A stretch of 64,000 nucleotides of DNA from Schmidtea nova (lineage: Eukaryota): contig CM097883.1 of NCBI GenBank assembly GCA_044892505.1, positions 213,032,001 to 213,096,000 of the forward strand. The letters are read 5' to 3'. Positions 1 through 10,890 of the stretch are shown in pieces. The notes under the pieces are model-generated. The model had not been told where the DNA came from, made no database searches, and worked only from the letters and a program-made list of their open reading frames with translations. A program made the translations under genes and the position numbers. Numbering within the stretch: the stretch's first letter is position 1; every line of letters begins with the position of its first letter.

Positions 1-87
1 CAATCATAGTATTTTGATTGGTTGCATACACGATTGTTATTTTAGTATAAATATAAGCTTTAAGTGATTAAAGATTATTATTTTAAA

Positions 88-537
88 ATGTTAGGAACTA
101 AATTATTTAGCAATAATGGATCTAATACAATTGATTCAGACAAACCAGTTAAATCAAAGAAAGCTATTTTGAAGCCAGTTCAAATATATCATGGCCATAA
201 AATGTATTTTTTGGTTAGTGAAATAGATTTCAGTCTTTCAAATCCTGTTAAATTGAGTAAGACTCAATATTCAAATCTTTATGGAACTATATCGAAAGAA
301 GATGTATTATCTCTCAATAAAGTTTTGAATCAGATCAATAAGAAATTATGTTGCAATGAAAACATAGTCATTAATAATCGGCAAACCAAATTCTTCGATT
401 CATTTGAAGAGATTCAATTAATTGATAATGAAAGCTGGTATATTAACATTACAATTCAAGGGTATAAACTTGATTTGAATGATGTTATGACTCCAATTTG
501 GAGAGTCAACAATGCCAGAATATCTCACGTATTTTGA
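88..537 (+). CDS. Intact intronless 149-aa ORF, probable Polinton/Maverick accessory protein of unknown function
   Basis: ATG at 88, TGA at 535-537, reverse CCAAT (ATTGG 17-21), TATAAATA 46-53, AATAAA 542-547. It lies 1.7 kb inside a Polinton-type terminus (2266) and has a decayed homolog at 12190-12640 near a Polinton ATPase. Confidence 0.65.
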   Translation: MLGTKLFSNNGSNTIDSDKPVKSKKAILKPVQIYHGHKMYFLVSEIDFSLSNPVKLSKTQYSNLYGTISKEDVLSLNKVLNQINKKLCCNENIVINNRQTKFFDSFEEIQLIDNESWYINITIQGYKLDLNDVMTPIWRVNNARISHVF

Positions 538-602
538 TTTTAATAAATTTTGTTATTTGAAAATGTCTTTTTTTTTATTTTGTGTCAAGTTTTATTTGTG
601 TG

Positions 603-605
<3 letters not shown>

Positions 606-680
<75 letters not shown>
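606..680. repeat. (TTA)n microsatellite
   Basis: Perfect trinucleotide run. Confidence 0.98.
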
Positions 681-683
681 CTT

Positions 684-786
684 AAACAACAAGGGAAGAA
701 GAACGCGCGTTTCACGCGCGTTCAATGCGTACTGTGATTTGTCTTATACAACAAGGAAGAAGAACGCGCGTTTCACGCGCGTTCAA
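684..786. repeat. Tandem duplicated CpG-rich hairpin module (GAACGCGCG-TTTCA-CGCGCGTTC), possible end of a non-autonomous Helitron/Helentron-like element
   Basis: Two copies of ACAACAAGG(G)AAGAAGAACGCGCGTTTCACGCGCGTTCAA, with hairpins at 701-723 and 762-784, abutting an N-gap. Confidence 0.5.
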
Positions 787-995
787 NNNNNNNNNNNNNN
801 NNNNNNNNNNNNNNNNNNNNNNNNNNNNNNNNNNNNNNNNNNNNNNNNNNNNNNNNNNNNNNNNNNNNNNNNNNNNNNNNNNNNNNNNNNNNNNNNNNNN
901 NNNNNNNNNNNNNNNNNNNNNNNNNNNNNNNNNNNNNNNNNNNNNNNNNNNNNAGAAAAATCAAATATATGTTAAAATTTTGTTTATTAAAAATG

Positions 996-1480
996 TGGAA
1001 TGTAGCTTAGTTGGAAAGGCTATGGATTTCTAATTGTGAGACCCCAGTTTTAACTCTCAAGGTTGAATAATTTTTTCTTTGACGTTTTTTATGAAAATTT
1101 TGTTAAGGAATCGGATTTAGCGTATTGAATTTGATATAAGTAGAAATTTTGGTTAAAATCTGACAAGTATTAGTCGAGAAAATAATTTAAAATTTTTTTA
1201 TATGTGAGAGGCCCAGGTTCAACTCCCACTTTGGACTAATTTTTTTTTCTATTTTTTGTAACAAATTCGGATTCAGCGTATTGAATTTGATGTAAATAGA
1301 AATTTTGGTTCAAATCTGACAAGTATTAGTCGAGAAAATAATTTAAAATCATTTTTATATGTGAGAGGCCTAGGTTCAACTCCCACTTTGGGCTAATTTT
1401 TTTTTTCTATTTTTTGTAATAAATTCGGATTCAGTATATTGAATTTAATATGTATACAAGTTTTCATAAAAATCGGACCA
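996..1480 (+). repeat. tRNA-derived head followed by about three tandem 157-168 bp units each carrying a B-box-like motif
   Basis: A-box-like TAGCTTAGTTGG 1003-1014, anticodon-arm-like ATGGATTTCTAATT, and GGTTCAACTCCC in the units starting at 1204 and 1361 (degenerate in the unit at 1036). Confidence 0.55.
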
Positions 1481-1789
1481 TAATTGACTAATATAGAAAT
1501 AAAGATAAATTAATTAAAAAATAAATTTGATTAATTTAAATAAAATTATCAAATACTACTGATAAAGTAGTTAGTAAACAGATTGTATAAATTTGTATAT
1601 TTTTATATAAAGACCATTCCGGATTATTTTTTTACCATTAAGATAGTTGATTACATATTTTCTAAATAATGGCATGAATTAAGAATAAAAATATATGTTA
1701 TATCTTTAAACTTTTATGGACTTCATGAAAGCATTACGAATCTGAATCCTGATGAGAAATCTTGCATTTATATAACTTGAAAACTATAT

Positions 1790-2266
1790 AATTATAATAC
1801 TAATATAGATTTTCGATAATTTAATGGATCGCAGTTGAGCGCAGCGGAGCGCAGTGGGCGGTTGGCGGATGGCGGATGGCGGATGGCGGTTGGCGGTTGG
1901 CGGATGGCGGTTGGTGGTCGGCGGTCGGCGGTGGGCAGTTGGCGGTTGGTTGTTGGCGGGTAGTGATTACCTGATGGTGTGTTGGTCACTAAGTGTGCCA
2001 GTTACTACCCATAAGTGTGCTGGTCAATAAGCATGGCGGGCACGCGCGGATGATGCAATGGTCAATAAGCGTGCCAGGCACGTGCGGATGATACAAAAAA
2101 TTCTAAAAGTAGTAGTTGCCATAGGCAACACGTGCCATAAGTGTGTCTTTGCACAAGTGTGCTGGTCACGTACGAGTGATGTAATGGTCAAGTGTCCGGT
2201 GTTATGTAACTTAAAAAAATTTAAGGGGGGGGGGTACTGTATCTGACGGGGACACATCCTACTACT
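1790..2266 (-). mobile_element. Polinton/Maverick terminal inverted-repeat arm (right end at 2266)
   Basis: The minus strand from 2266 reads AGTAGTAGGATGTGTCCCCGT, identical over 21 bp to 13306+. Internal GC-rich 7-bp (GGCGGAT/GGCGGTT) and GGTCA-containing repeats. 5'-AG termini with short (AGT)n tips are typical of Polintons. Confidence 0.7.
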
Positions 2267-2590
2267 TACTTTCAAACATATACCAATATCGGCCTGTCCT
2301 TTACTTGTAAATAATTTCACATGGTAAAGAATTTAGAAAAGTCTTTAGCGGAAGGTCATAGAATATGTCCGTCTCAAAATTCCATCCGGATTATGTTTAA
2401 ACACTTTGTATAAAAAATTGTTTCATTTTTTTTGATTTCGATTAGTAGGCAATGAATTTCATTGTAAATTCTCCTTCAGGCATCAGAAACAACTAGCATG
2501 ACAATATAAATAAATACAAATAAATTCAAAATTTATTTTAATGTTTTTGTTATTTTAAAACAAAAGATAAAATGTAATAATTTCAATTTA

Positions 2591-2709
2591 AAAGCTGTGC
2601 CGAAATATTGTGTACCACTTAAAAAGAAATTTGATCTATAGTCTTACCATTATGGAAATTAGTGATATAAACAAAAAAAGATCAAAGGTGAAATAAAAAG
2701 ATAATTATG
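2591..2709 (+). repeat. 5'-truncated copy of the PLE hammerhead/pLTR-tail repeat
   Basis: GCTGTGCCGAAATATTGTG...TTTGATCTATAGTC...TCAAAGGTGAAATAAAAAGATAATTATG matches copies at 19.7, 21.9, 22.2, 23.2 and 55.5 kb. Confidence 0.8.
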
Positions 2710-2789
2710 TTAATAAAATTTGTGTATTATTTGTATTTACATTTTAATATAAATTTCTGTGATAAAATAAATTTATTTATTGATTATGC

Positions 2790-3960
2790 TTCCTAAAAGT
2801 GTGTTTCGATTGAAAGATTCTCATCAACCCCTTAGATGAAATCACTTTCAAGAGCAAAGGAAACATCAAAAAAACAGAAACCGGACTTGCTGATCAAAGA
2901 GTCAATCTACAACATCAAGGACAGATAAAGCATCAGAACAAAAGAGAGCCAATCTTGACGAATCAAGTGCCAGAGCTGCAACATCTAGGACTATTAACTT
3001 TCAAATAAACTTTAAATGTCTTTCGTTTGCTTACCGTGCAATTGTAAATTACAAGGATCACCCTTAAATCTAAATCCGTTTAATGGATGTTGTTTGTAAA
3101 CTTTGTAGGCTTTGTTAAGAAAAGGACAATGTCTACTTTCTCACAGATAACCACTAAAGGTTTTGGTATCAAGTGAAACATAAGAATCTCAGAATTTATT
3201 GAACAACATTGAAAAGTATAATTCATGATTTTAAATGACATCCTTTGGTTCATCCAAAGAAGTGAGAGAAATAGTATTCATGTGAACATTTAAAATTCAA
3301 GACCAGAAACATTGAAAAAATATCGTGGATTTACTTCATTGGTGATTCTGTAGATGAACCTAATCAAAGATGTTCAACAATTCAAAATAACATTGTTTTA
3401 AATTACAGCAGTTCTTTTATGCCAACAATGTTTATGTAAAACATTTTAAGAGTTCTTTGAAACGAATGGCAACTGATGATTACAAGATTGACATTAGGGT
3501 TGTCAAGACAACAAAAGGATAACTTCAGAGAAGGTTCAGTTCTCCCACATTTAATGAAGTAGCCATTATCATGCCTGGCTATGAATTTGGAAACGTGAAA
3601 TTGTGTTGTAAAGGAGGAACAATAGTTTGCACCTTGTTGTAGAGACTCACAGATCATATGATGCTTTTCAGTATCTACTTCTGTTTTGGCAAGGCAAAGA
3701 TGGCTACTACTTTGGTATTCCCCAAACTGATCCATTGAAAAGCAATTCTGTCGCCTATAAGAAAGGTAGTGTCATGGACCTTTATGACTACAGAAGTATG
3801 TTAAGAGTTGAAGAATAATATCATATTTAGAAATTTACTGAAAAGATATTCCAAGCTCATATAAATGTGGAATGGTGTTACAGTGATGAATCAATCAAGT
3901 ACATCTGTAAGTATATCAACAAAAGCCAGGCAGATTTTGAACTTTAAAAGACTACACCAG
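2790..3960 (+). pseudogene. Helitron RepHel N-terminal remnant with internal deletion
   Basis: Frames give NNIEKYNS*F*MTSFG, SPTFNEVAIIMPG, ETHRSYDAFQYLLLFWQGKDGY, MDLYDYRSMLR and [22 protein letters not shown], all Helitron Rep motifs; many stops. Confidence 0.85.
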
Positions 3961-4849
3961 TGGAAGACGAGGTGACAGCAAAAATATAAAGTGCAGAAGA
4001 TAAAATAAAAAAACATAGTCTATATAAATGCACTTCAGTAGAAAATCTTAAAGGTAATTTTTATTATATTACGGTCAACACTGGGTCGTACCAGCTAGTG
4101 TATGATGAAGATTTTAATTGAGAAAAAGAGTTGACATCATATACATGGTACGTTCAATAATTCAACAGTCTATAATGGAAACAGTAAAACTTATTTATTT
4201 TTAGCACTTGAAAACCTATATAGACAAAAACCTTTTCTATATTTGACTTTTGTCGTTCCAAGCATTTAAACAAGCGCATTAGGAATTCTAGAAATGTTTT
4301 TTATAGAAATTCAATGTGCATTTCTCGAAGCAATTTACGACTGTGACTTGTAAATTGTAAGTGTCTGTGAATGATTTTCCCCATTTCTGCATCGTTAAAT
4401 GTCAGAAGAAGATTGGTTAGATTGGTATTCTAACGAGGGCTAAAAGAGACAAACTCTATTTTGGCTAGGGTGAACAGACATATTATTAGACTTAAACAAC
4501 AGTGGTGTTCAAGCCTGTCTTCTTTTGTTCTTATTTCTGTTACTAGACGGTTGCTGTAGAAGTCGGCACTAATATAAACATGTTCACAACGCCCTTTGTG
4601 TCAAAATCATGAGCATTTGGCGGTGAGAATTATCTGATCTCATTTTGTTTGACGGTTTTTCATCAGATAAATTCCACTCAGCATAATCCAATTTAAATTC
4701 AAGGATATATTAGTTAATTGAGATGTCATATTGAACATGAATATATTGAACATGAACCTCTGTCTCCATAATGCTGTTGGGTTATTAGCGAATACTCGGT
4801 TGGTATCTGACCCTTTTGTTCTTTCCTTGACAATAATGAATTAAACCCA

Positions 4850-5140
4850 GCACAATAATTTCTGTTTTTAAATTGATCAAACACAATTTCTATCACAAAG
4901 TTACACAAATGTTCTCTGCAATCTCTTTGTGTTAGGGTAGTAACCCAATGAGAAATCTTCCTTTCTGGTACGCAGGAAAAATTGATAAATCGACACTCTG
5001 ATCTTCAGTTCTCGTTCAAGCTTCCGTTTCGTCGTTTCAGTTTATCACCTCAAATTATGAATGTATGTTTCGACGTGACTGTGGAGTACGGCAAATCTGG
5101 CTTGTCTTTTAAAGTGACTTGTCGCGCCTTAATTAAGCTG
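4850..5140 (-). repeat. Unclassified interspersed repeat, copy 1 (homolog at 12880-13170, + strand)
   Basis: Shared blocks AATTAAGGCG, ATAATTTGAGGTGATAA, GATTTATCAATTTT, CCTGCGTACC and GAGATTGCAGAGAACATTT..GTAACTTTGTG..GAAATTGTGTTTGATCAATTT. Confidence 0.75.
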
Positions 5141-5619
5141 TCAGCCAGTTACTTTAATTTGGATTTGCCGCTAAGTGGATTTCTAGTTTTTCCCTGGGGA
5201 ATCCTTCCATTATTAAATTTATTTTCCTAATTTTAAAAATTTGTTGAAGACCCGGGTTTCATACATCGCTCGGTCTTCCCACTAGCTCTGGTTTCCCATT
5301 AGGTAATTAATTATTTTCAATTAGCTTGTTTTTCTTAATATTTCCTTCTGGGGGCCCCTTTTTGATTTTATATAATCTTATTTGAATTCACCTCATCATT
5401 TGGCATCCTCCCGTACCAGTTTCCCACGTTAACCTTTATTTTTTAATTTTACAAATCTTTAATAAATGTTTGCACAATAATTATTATTTTCCCAATTTTG
5501 TATTTTTTATTGATTTGCACATAGATTTTGTGCTTTTTAATTTTATTTTCTGTTTATTTAACAACTCCAACACAGCTTATATGTGTTGATGTTGTTTTAA
5601 ATTTTATTTAATTTTGCGT

Positions 5620-5855
5620 ACTTGTTTATAACCAAAATATATTTTTTATAAATATATTATATGCACTTTTATAAAATTAATGAAAATTAAATATTTCTTG
5701 ATTTTATTTATGACAAATACCCTTATAAACAGATCATTTACAATGTAAATATACGGTAAATTCGATAAATAAAATCAAGAAATATTTAATTTTCATTAAT
5801 TTTATAAAAGTGCATATAATATATTTATAAAAATATATTTTGTTTATACACAAGT
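5620..5855. repeat. Inverted repeat with ~90-bp arms (5620-5711 / 5765-5855) and ~55-bp spacer
   Basis: The arms are near-identical reverse complements (e.g. ATATGCACTTTTATAAAATTAATGAAAATTAAATATTTCTTGATTTTATTTA). Confidence 0.85.
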
Positions 5856-6545
5856 CAGATAAATTAAATTAAATTTAACAGATAGATTTGTAAATGGTAA
5901 AGTTAATAATTTGCGTGGAAAAATTGAAAATTTTATTCTGAATGTTAAATTTTACAAATGAAAAATTACGTAATATTGCTACAATTATTGTCTCATTTCT
6001 CTAATTTTTAATTTAATTATTTAATTTAATTTTTTTATTAATTTAAGTAACAATTTTAATATTTATTAATTCATATTATATTTTACAGTGTCAAGAGACC
6101 AATATAATGTATTTAAATTGGCAAATTTTATTATAAATATTTCATTTAATAGTTATCTTTTTTATTTATTTATTAAACAGATAACATTAATTTTTTTTTT
6201 CTAAACCACTGATTTATTACAGTTGTCTTTTTAAACCTTTGAAAAAAAAAGATTTTGAAAATATGTGTTAAATATGGAAAATTGTTGATCAATATTTTAA
6301 AACAGAAAAAAAATAATTGAAAAAAAAATTAATAATTAAAAAATTTATTAACAGTTTTTAAAAAATTATATTGAAGATATAAAAATTTGCAGGCTACCAA
6401 TAATATTTTCTGAAGAGAAAATAAAACGAATTCTGATGATAGGATCGTTTTCTCCAATCACAATTCGAATAAAAACAATCTGAAAAATAAATCAAATATT
6501 AGAAAAGTCACGGTTAAAACAAAGTGCTCATCAATTCATATTAGC

Positions 6546-7892
6546 ATGGATCTTTGCTGGATCAGCAATCGCCAACAATCGGAAATGTATAAAAACTGGA
6601 TCAACCAAATTGATCAGCAAAATAAATCTAATATTATAGAATTGTTGATATTTTACAATTTGAACCCAAATTTGATATCGAATCCTGAAATTTGGTCTCA
6701 GGAAATTGAAAAAGTGAAATTAATCCTTCAAGAAAACGTCTACAACGCAAATCCATCAGAAGAGTTGTCATTGTGCGTCTTGCACAATTACGTATTGACA
6801 ATCATACCGGCAATCATTCTTTTTTTCGGAACAATCGGTAATGTGATGTCGTTTATTGTGCTGTGCAATTTTGCGGGGAAAACTGTGTCGACTTTCATTT
6901 ATTTGAGTCTATTAGCGATTGTCGATCAGTTCGTGTTGATTTTCGGTCTTTTAAGGCGTTGGGTTGATTATCTCATGAAACGAAAAATTGAAAATCGAAA
7001 TAAAACCCTTTGCATTCTTTCTCAATATTTCGGAACGTCTGCCAGTGTGCTTTCGGTTTGGTTGATCGTGGCCGTAACGCTCGAGCGAGCTATTGTGATT
7101 TCGTTTCCATTCAAAGCGCACAATTTGATCCAAAAATCGCGAGCAATTGCTATTTCCATTTCAATGGCCTCGGCGATTTTGATTCTAAATTGTCATTTTA
7201 CGTTTACATTAGATCTAACCAACAGTACTCAGTTGTTTGAAGCGACCGACAACGCGTTTGTTTGTGGATTTTCCGTGTCATATAGGAATTTTAAAACCAT
7301 ATGGCTTTTGATTGACGCTGTCATTTACAGTTTTCTTCCATTTATCTTTATATTCGTATTGAATGTTATAATACTTATTAAAGTTTGTCAGGCTCGCAAA
7401 ACGAGACAGTCAATGATGACACTAAACAGGGGACAAAAGAGCGTTTATAGATCGGAAAGTACGAGACAACTGACAATAATGCTTCTGATGATTAGTGGAA
7501 CGTTTTTAATAACGACAACCCCGATTTTTATTGTAAAAATGTTATTTGTTGCTCCTAAGGCGTTTTCGAAAACCATTCTCTCTCATACTCCAGGAATCAG
7601 AGAGGCCGTTGCGTCACAATTCGCCGACTCAATTGCGGAAATCTTAATGCACCTAAACCACGCCATGAACTTCTATCTGTATTGCGCCAGTGGAAATAAA
7701 TTTCGGGCATGCTTGAAGTCCTTGTTTAGTAATTGTAAATTGTTTCGTTGTCTTCATTACTCCTCTAATTCGGCTGCCCAAAACAGTTTGTTTGCTAATT
7801 CAATGAAAATGACCAGACATTTAAACAATGATTCAAAGTGGATAAATGACGACCATTCATGCCAACTTGTTCGACATCGAATCGCTGATTGA
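6546..7892 (+). CDS. Class A (rhodopsin-like) GPCR, peptide/FMRFamide-receptor-like, single coding exon
   Basis: 448-aa ORF with 7 hydrophobic segments: TM1 GN, TM2 LAIVD, TM3 Cys and ERA (DRY equivalent), TM5 LP, TM6 FLITTTP, TM7 NHAMNFYLYCASGNKFR. N-glycosylation sequons present; putative acceptor TTTGCAG ~6392 and AATAAA ~8034. Confidence 0.93.
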   Translation: MDLCWISNRQQSEMYKNWINQIDQQNKSNIIELLIFYNLNPNLISNPEIWSQEIEKVKLILQENVYNANPSEELSLCVLHNYVLTIIPAIILFFGTIGNVMSFIVLCNFAGKTVSTFIYLSLLAIVDQFVLIFGLLRRWVDYLMKRKIENRNKTLCILSQYFGTSASVLSVWLIVAVTLERAIVISFPFKAHNLIQKSRAIAISISMASAILILNCHFTFTLDLTNSTQLFEATDNAFVCGFSVSYRNFKTIWLLIDAVIYSFLPFIFIFVLNVIILIKVCQARKTRQSMMTLNRGQKSVYRSESTRQLTIMLLMISGTFLITTTPIFIVKMLFVAPKAFSKTILSHTPGIREAVASQFADSIAEILMHLNHAMNFYLYCASGNKFRACLKSLFSNCKLFRCLHYSSNSAAQNSLFANSMKMTRHLNNDSKWINDDHSCQLVRHRIAD

Positions 7893-10890
7893 GAGGAAAC
7901 TTTCTCTTTTATGTCATATTCAAAGGAAGTTTGGAAGCTAAATTTGTGAACATATTTTATCTCAATCGCTGGAGTTTTGAGTTTTCTTTTGACTGGGTAT
8001 ATTTATATCATTGGTAGCAGTATTATTTCAGTAAATAAAAAAAATCTGTATTGGCATTACTATTATTTTCCATTATTTTTCTTTCAAAAATAGACTTAAA
8101 ACAGTCTGTTGTTGAAGACTAGAAAAGTGGAAATTAAATTTCGGTACTCACTAATCTTCATTCTCTATAATAAAATGGGATTTAATTGGATTTGATTTTT
8201 AATGTTTTAATTAATGGGTAATGACTTCAGTTGTTTTGTCACATAATTAGTCTGATTGTTTCAATACACTTAAACATTAAATTAAAATTTGCAAATATCA
8301 GCGAACATGATATTTTATTTATTAAGGTTGCTTTTTAATGTGTCAATATTTTTATGATTTTTTTGGTGAAAAATAAAAATAATTAAAATTAACTATCAAT
8401 GTGTATTAGCAAATATATCAGTATTTTTATATAATAAACAAAATATGAATAATAAACAAACCCAAAAAAAATAGCAGGCCATCTAAATCTTTCTTCATTT
8501 ATCACCATTCGGCTTTTTATCTCTAAGCTCTTAATTGAAAACCAAAAGAGTGGGCGTAAATGCCCTTTTTATTTTAATTTTATTTGTTATAATATTTTTT
8601 TATTATTTTCTTTTAATTTATTTATCTAATTTTAATTCTTCATTTTATTTAATTCTTATTAAATAAATTTAATAATAAATTAAATTATTAATTAAATAAT
8701 TTATAATTAAAAAATTTAATTAAAAAATTATTTTTAAAAAAACTACTCAATATATTTTTAAAAAATAACAAAACAAGACAAATCCTTGGATGATTATTAA
8801 AAAGTACAGGTACGACTGATGTTTTACGATAGTACCTATAGCTTTTTTAGTTTCATTCTCACATCAAAAGATATATATTTCTAAGAAACAACAACTCCTT
8901 GTATTTAAGCCATTGAACATGCCAAAGACAAAGTCAAGGTTCATTGAATACATGTATGATATGTGTCATAATTAAATGTGTGAAGCAAGTTATCTCTTAT
9001 CAAAGTAGGTAAAATATCACTTAAATTAAAATTTGCAATTTCCAGAATGAAACAGTCAGTGTTTCCAGCAACGATATTAATACTAAAATTGAATTGTACG
9101 TCATATTTGTCTAATTTTACATATTAAAGTTTGGATAAGTCGACCACAGTTTGACCAATATAACTCGGTCTTTCCAAATTGAGGTTTTATCTAATAAGGT
9201 TAATCGTCAATTAAGTCATCGTCAATTTTAAAGTTTTTTCAAAAAGAAGCTTTCGATGCATATGTTATCATTTTTGTTGTTTATTGTTAGTAGAGGGATA
9301 TAAGATCGCCAGAACAATATGAGTTATTACGCATTACCAAGTATTGAAGCTCCCTACCCACTACAAAAGTTCGATACCAATAGCTGAAAAAAATTATTTA
9401 AATTTTTAATATTGATTTTATTTTGTTTTTACCTTTTTTCACTGTGCAAATAAAATTTTCAATTTTTTTCAACGTTAATTGGTTGAGCACATTTTCTGCA
9501 CATTTTTGCGTTGAATAAATTTGTGTATCACGGGCTGAAACGCAAGAAAACTCTAAAATTTAAATTTGTCTTCAATTTCCTTTTAATGTTCAAAGAAACT
9601 TTTAATTTTTCTCAATGTAGTTTGGTAGAGTACATTGCGTTGAATACTTTTTGTGTTGAATAAATTTCAATAGCATGAGCAAAAGCCCTTAAAAGTAAAA
9701 ACCGTGAAGAACTAAAAACAGCTAAAAAAGAAAACAGTATTGCGAACAAGTATTAAAGCCCCCCTTACCCTACTGCCCCTAAAAATATCTTTTATAAAAG
9801 GTTAAAACAGTAAATGAAATAATAAAAATATGAAAAACGTCCAAGACAAATGTTGTAGACATTGGCGAGACACATATTTTAATCTAATAATCTTTTTCTA
9901 TTTTTTCAACCCTTTATATACCAAAATAGTTCCAATGTTTAGTTTAAAGAAATATATGACTTCTAAGATAGATATGAGAAAAAATCCAAGACAAAAGTTG
10001 TAGACATTAACTAGACAGACATTTTATTTTCAAGGTATTGTTATTTTGTCAACCTAATGTTTCAAATTTTGTTCCAAATTTTCGTTCCAAGAATATGTAT
10101 TTCATAATAAATATGTAAAAAACATTCAAAACCAAAATTCTAGACAATGTTTTCCCGGTTCACATAAGGGTAACTTTTTGTTTGAAAAAATATGAAAAAT
10201 TTAATTTTTTTATGATTTTTCTTAAGAAAGAATTACCATAAAAATTTATTACGGAAATGGGTTCAGGAGTCGATTATTGAACTCCATTTAATTCAAAATT
10301 ATGAATAAACTACTTGACCAATTTCAAGGTGATGCATATCATCAGACTCTAAAACATGTGCTTCATATTTTGGTCAAAAAATATTTTGAAAATATCGATT
10401 ATCACTAGTTAGTTTTTCCCAGTAACAAAAACATTATATCAAAATAATTTTTATATCACTACAGTTATAATCAGATACACTTTAAGTTGATATAAAATCT
10501 TTGTAAAAAGGTATTGATTTATTAATTTTCAGACACTGCACTTTTACTTTTTTGTAAGTGCTCTAAACTATTTTCATCATTCGTCTCAAAATTAAATTCT
10601 TTACAAGAACATGTATATATTTTTATGTAAATATTGCTTTTTGAGTTTTGTACATTTTGCACTTTCACTTTTTTATAAGTGCCCTAAATAACTTTTAACA
10701 TATTTTTACGTCATTCAACTCATAATCGTGTGTACTACAAATTCATTTCATTTACTTTATGGAACTATTTATTTCCAATATTATCAATTTTCATTAACTA
10801 ATTTTATTTATTTCCAAATTATTTTTACATCAATGTATTCAACAAGTAAATTTAAATGGATAAATAAAGTTTTAGATTTATTATCTTGAA

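Noticed and set aside
701-784. GAAACGCGCGTT (minus strand) as a Schistosoma-type hammerhead stem III
   Set aside because: There is no CUGANGA box or stem II upstream; it is a simple hairpin.
1792-2320. ORFs 1792-1989, 2024-2320 and 2058-2246
   Set aside because: They are translations of TIR repeats with no protein-family motifs.
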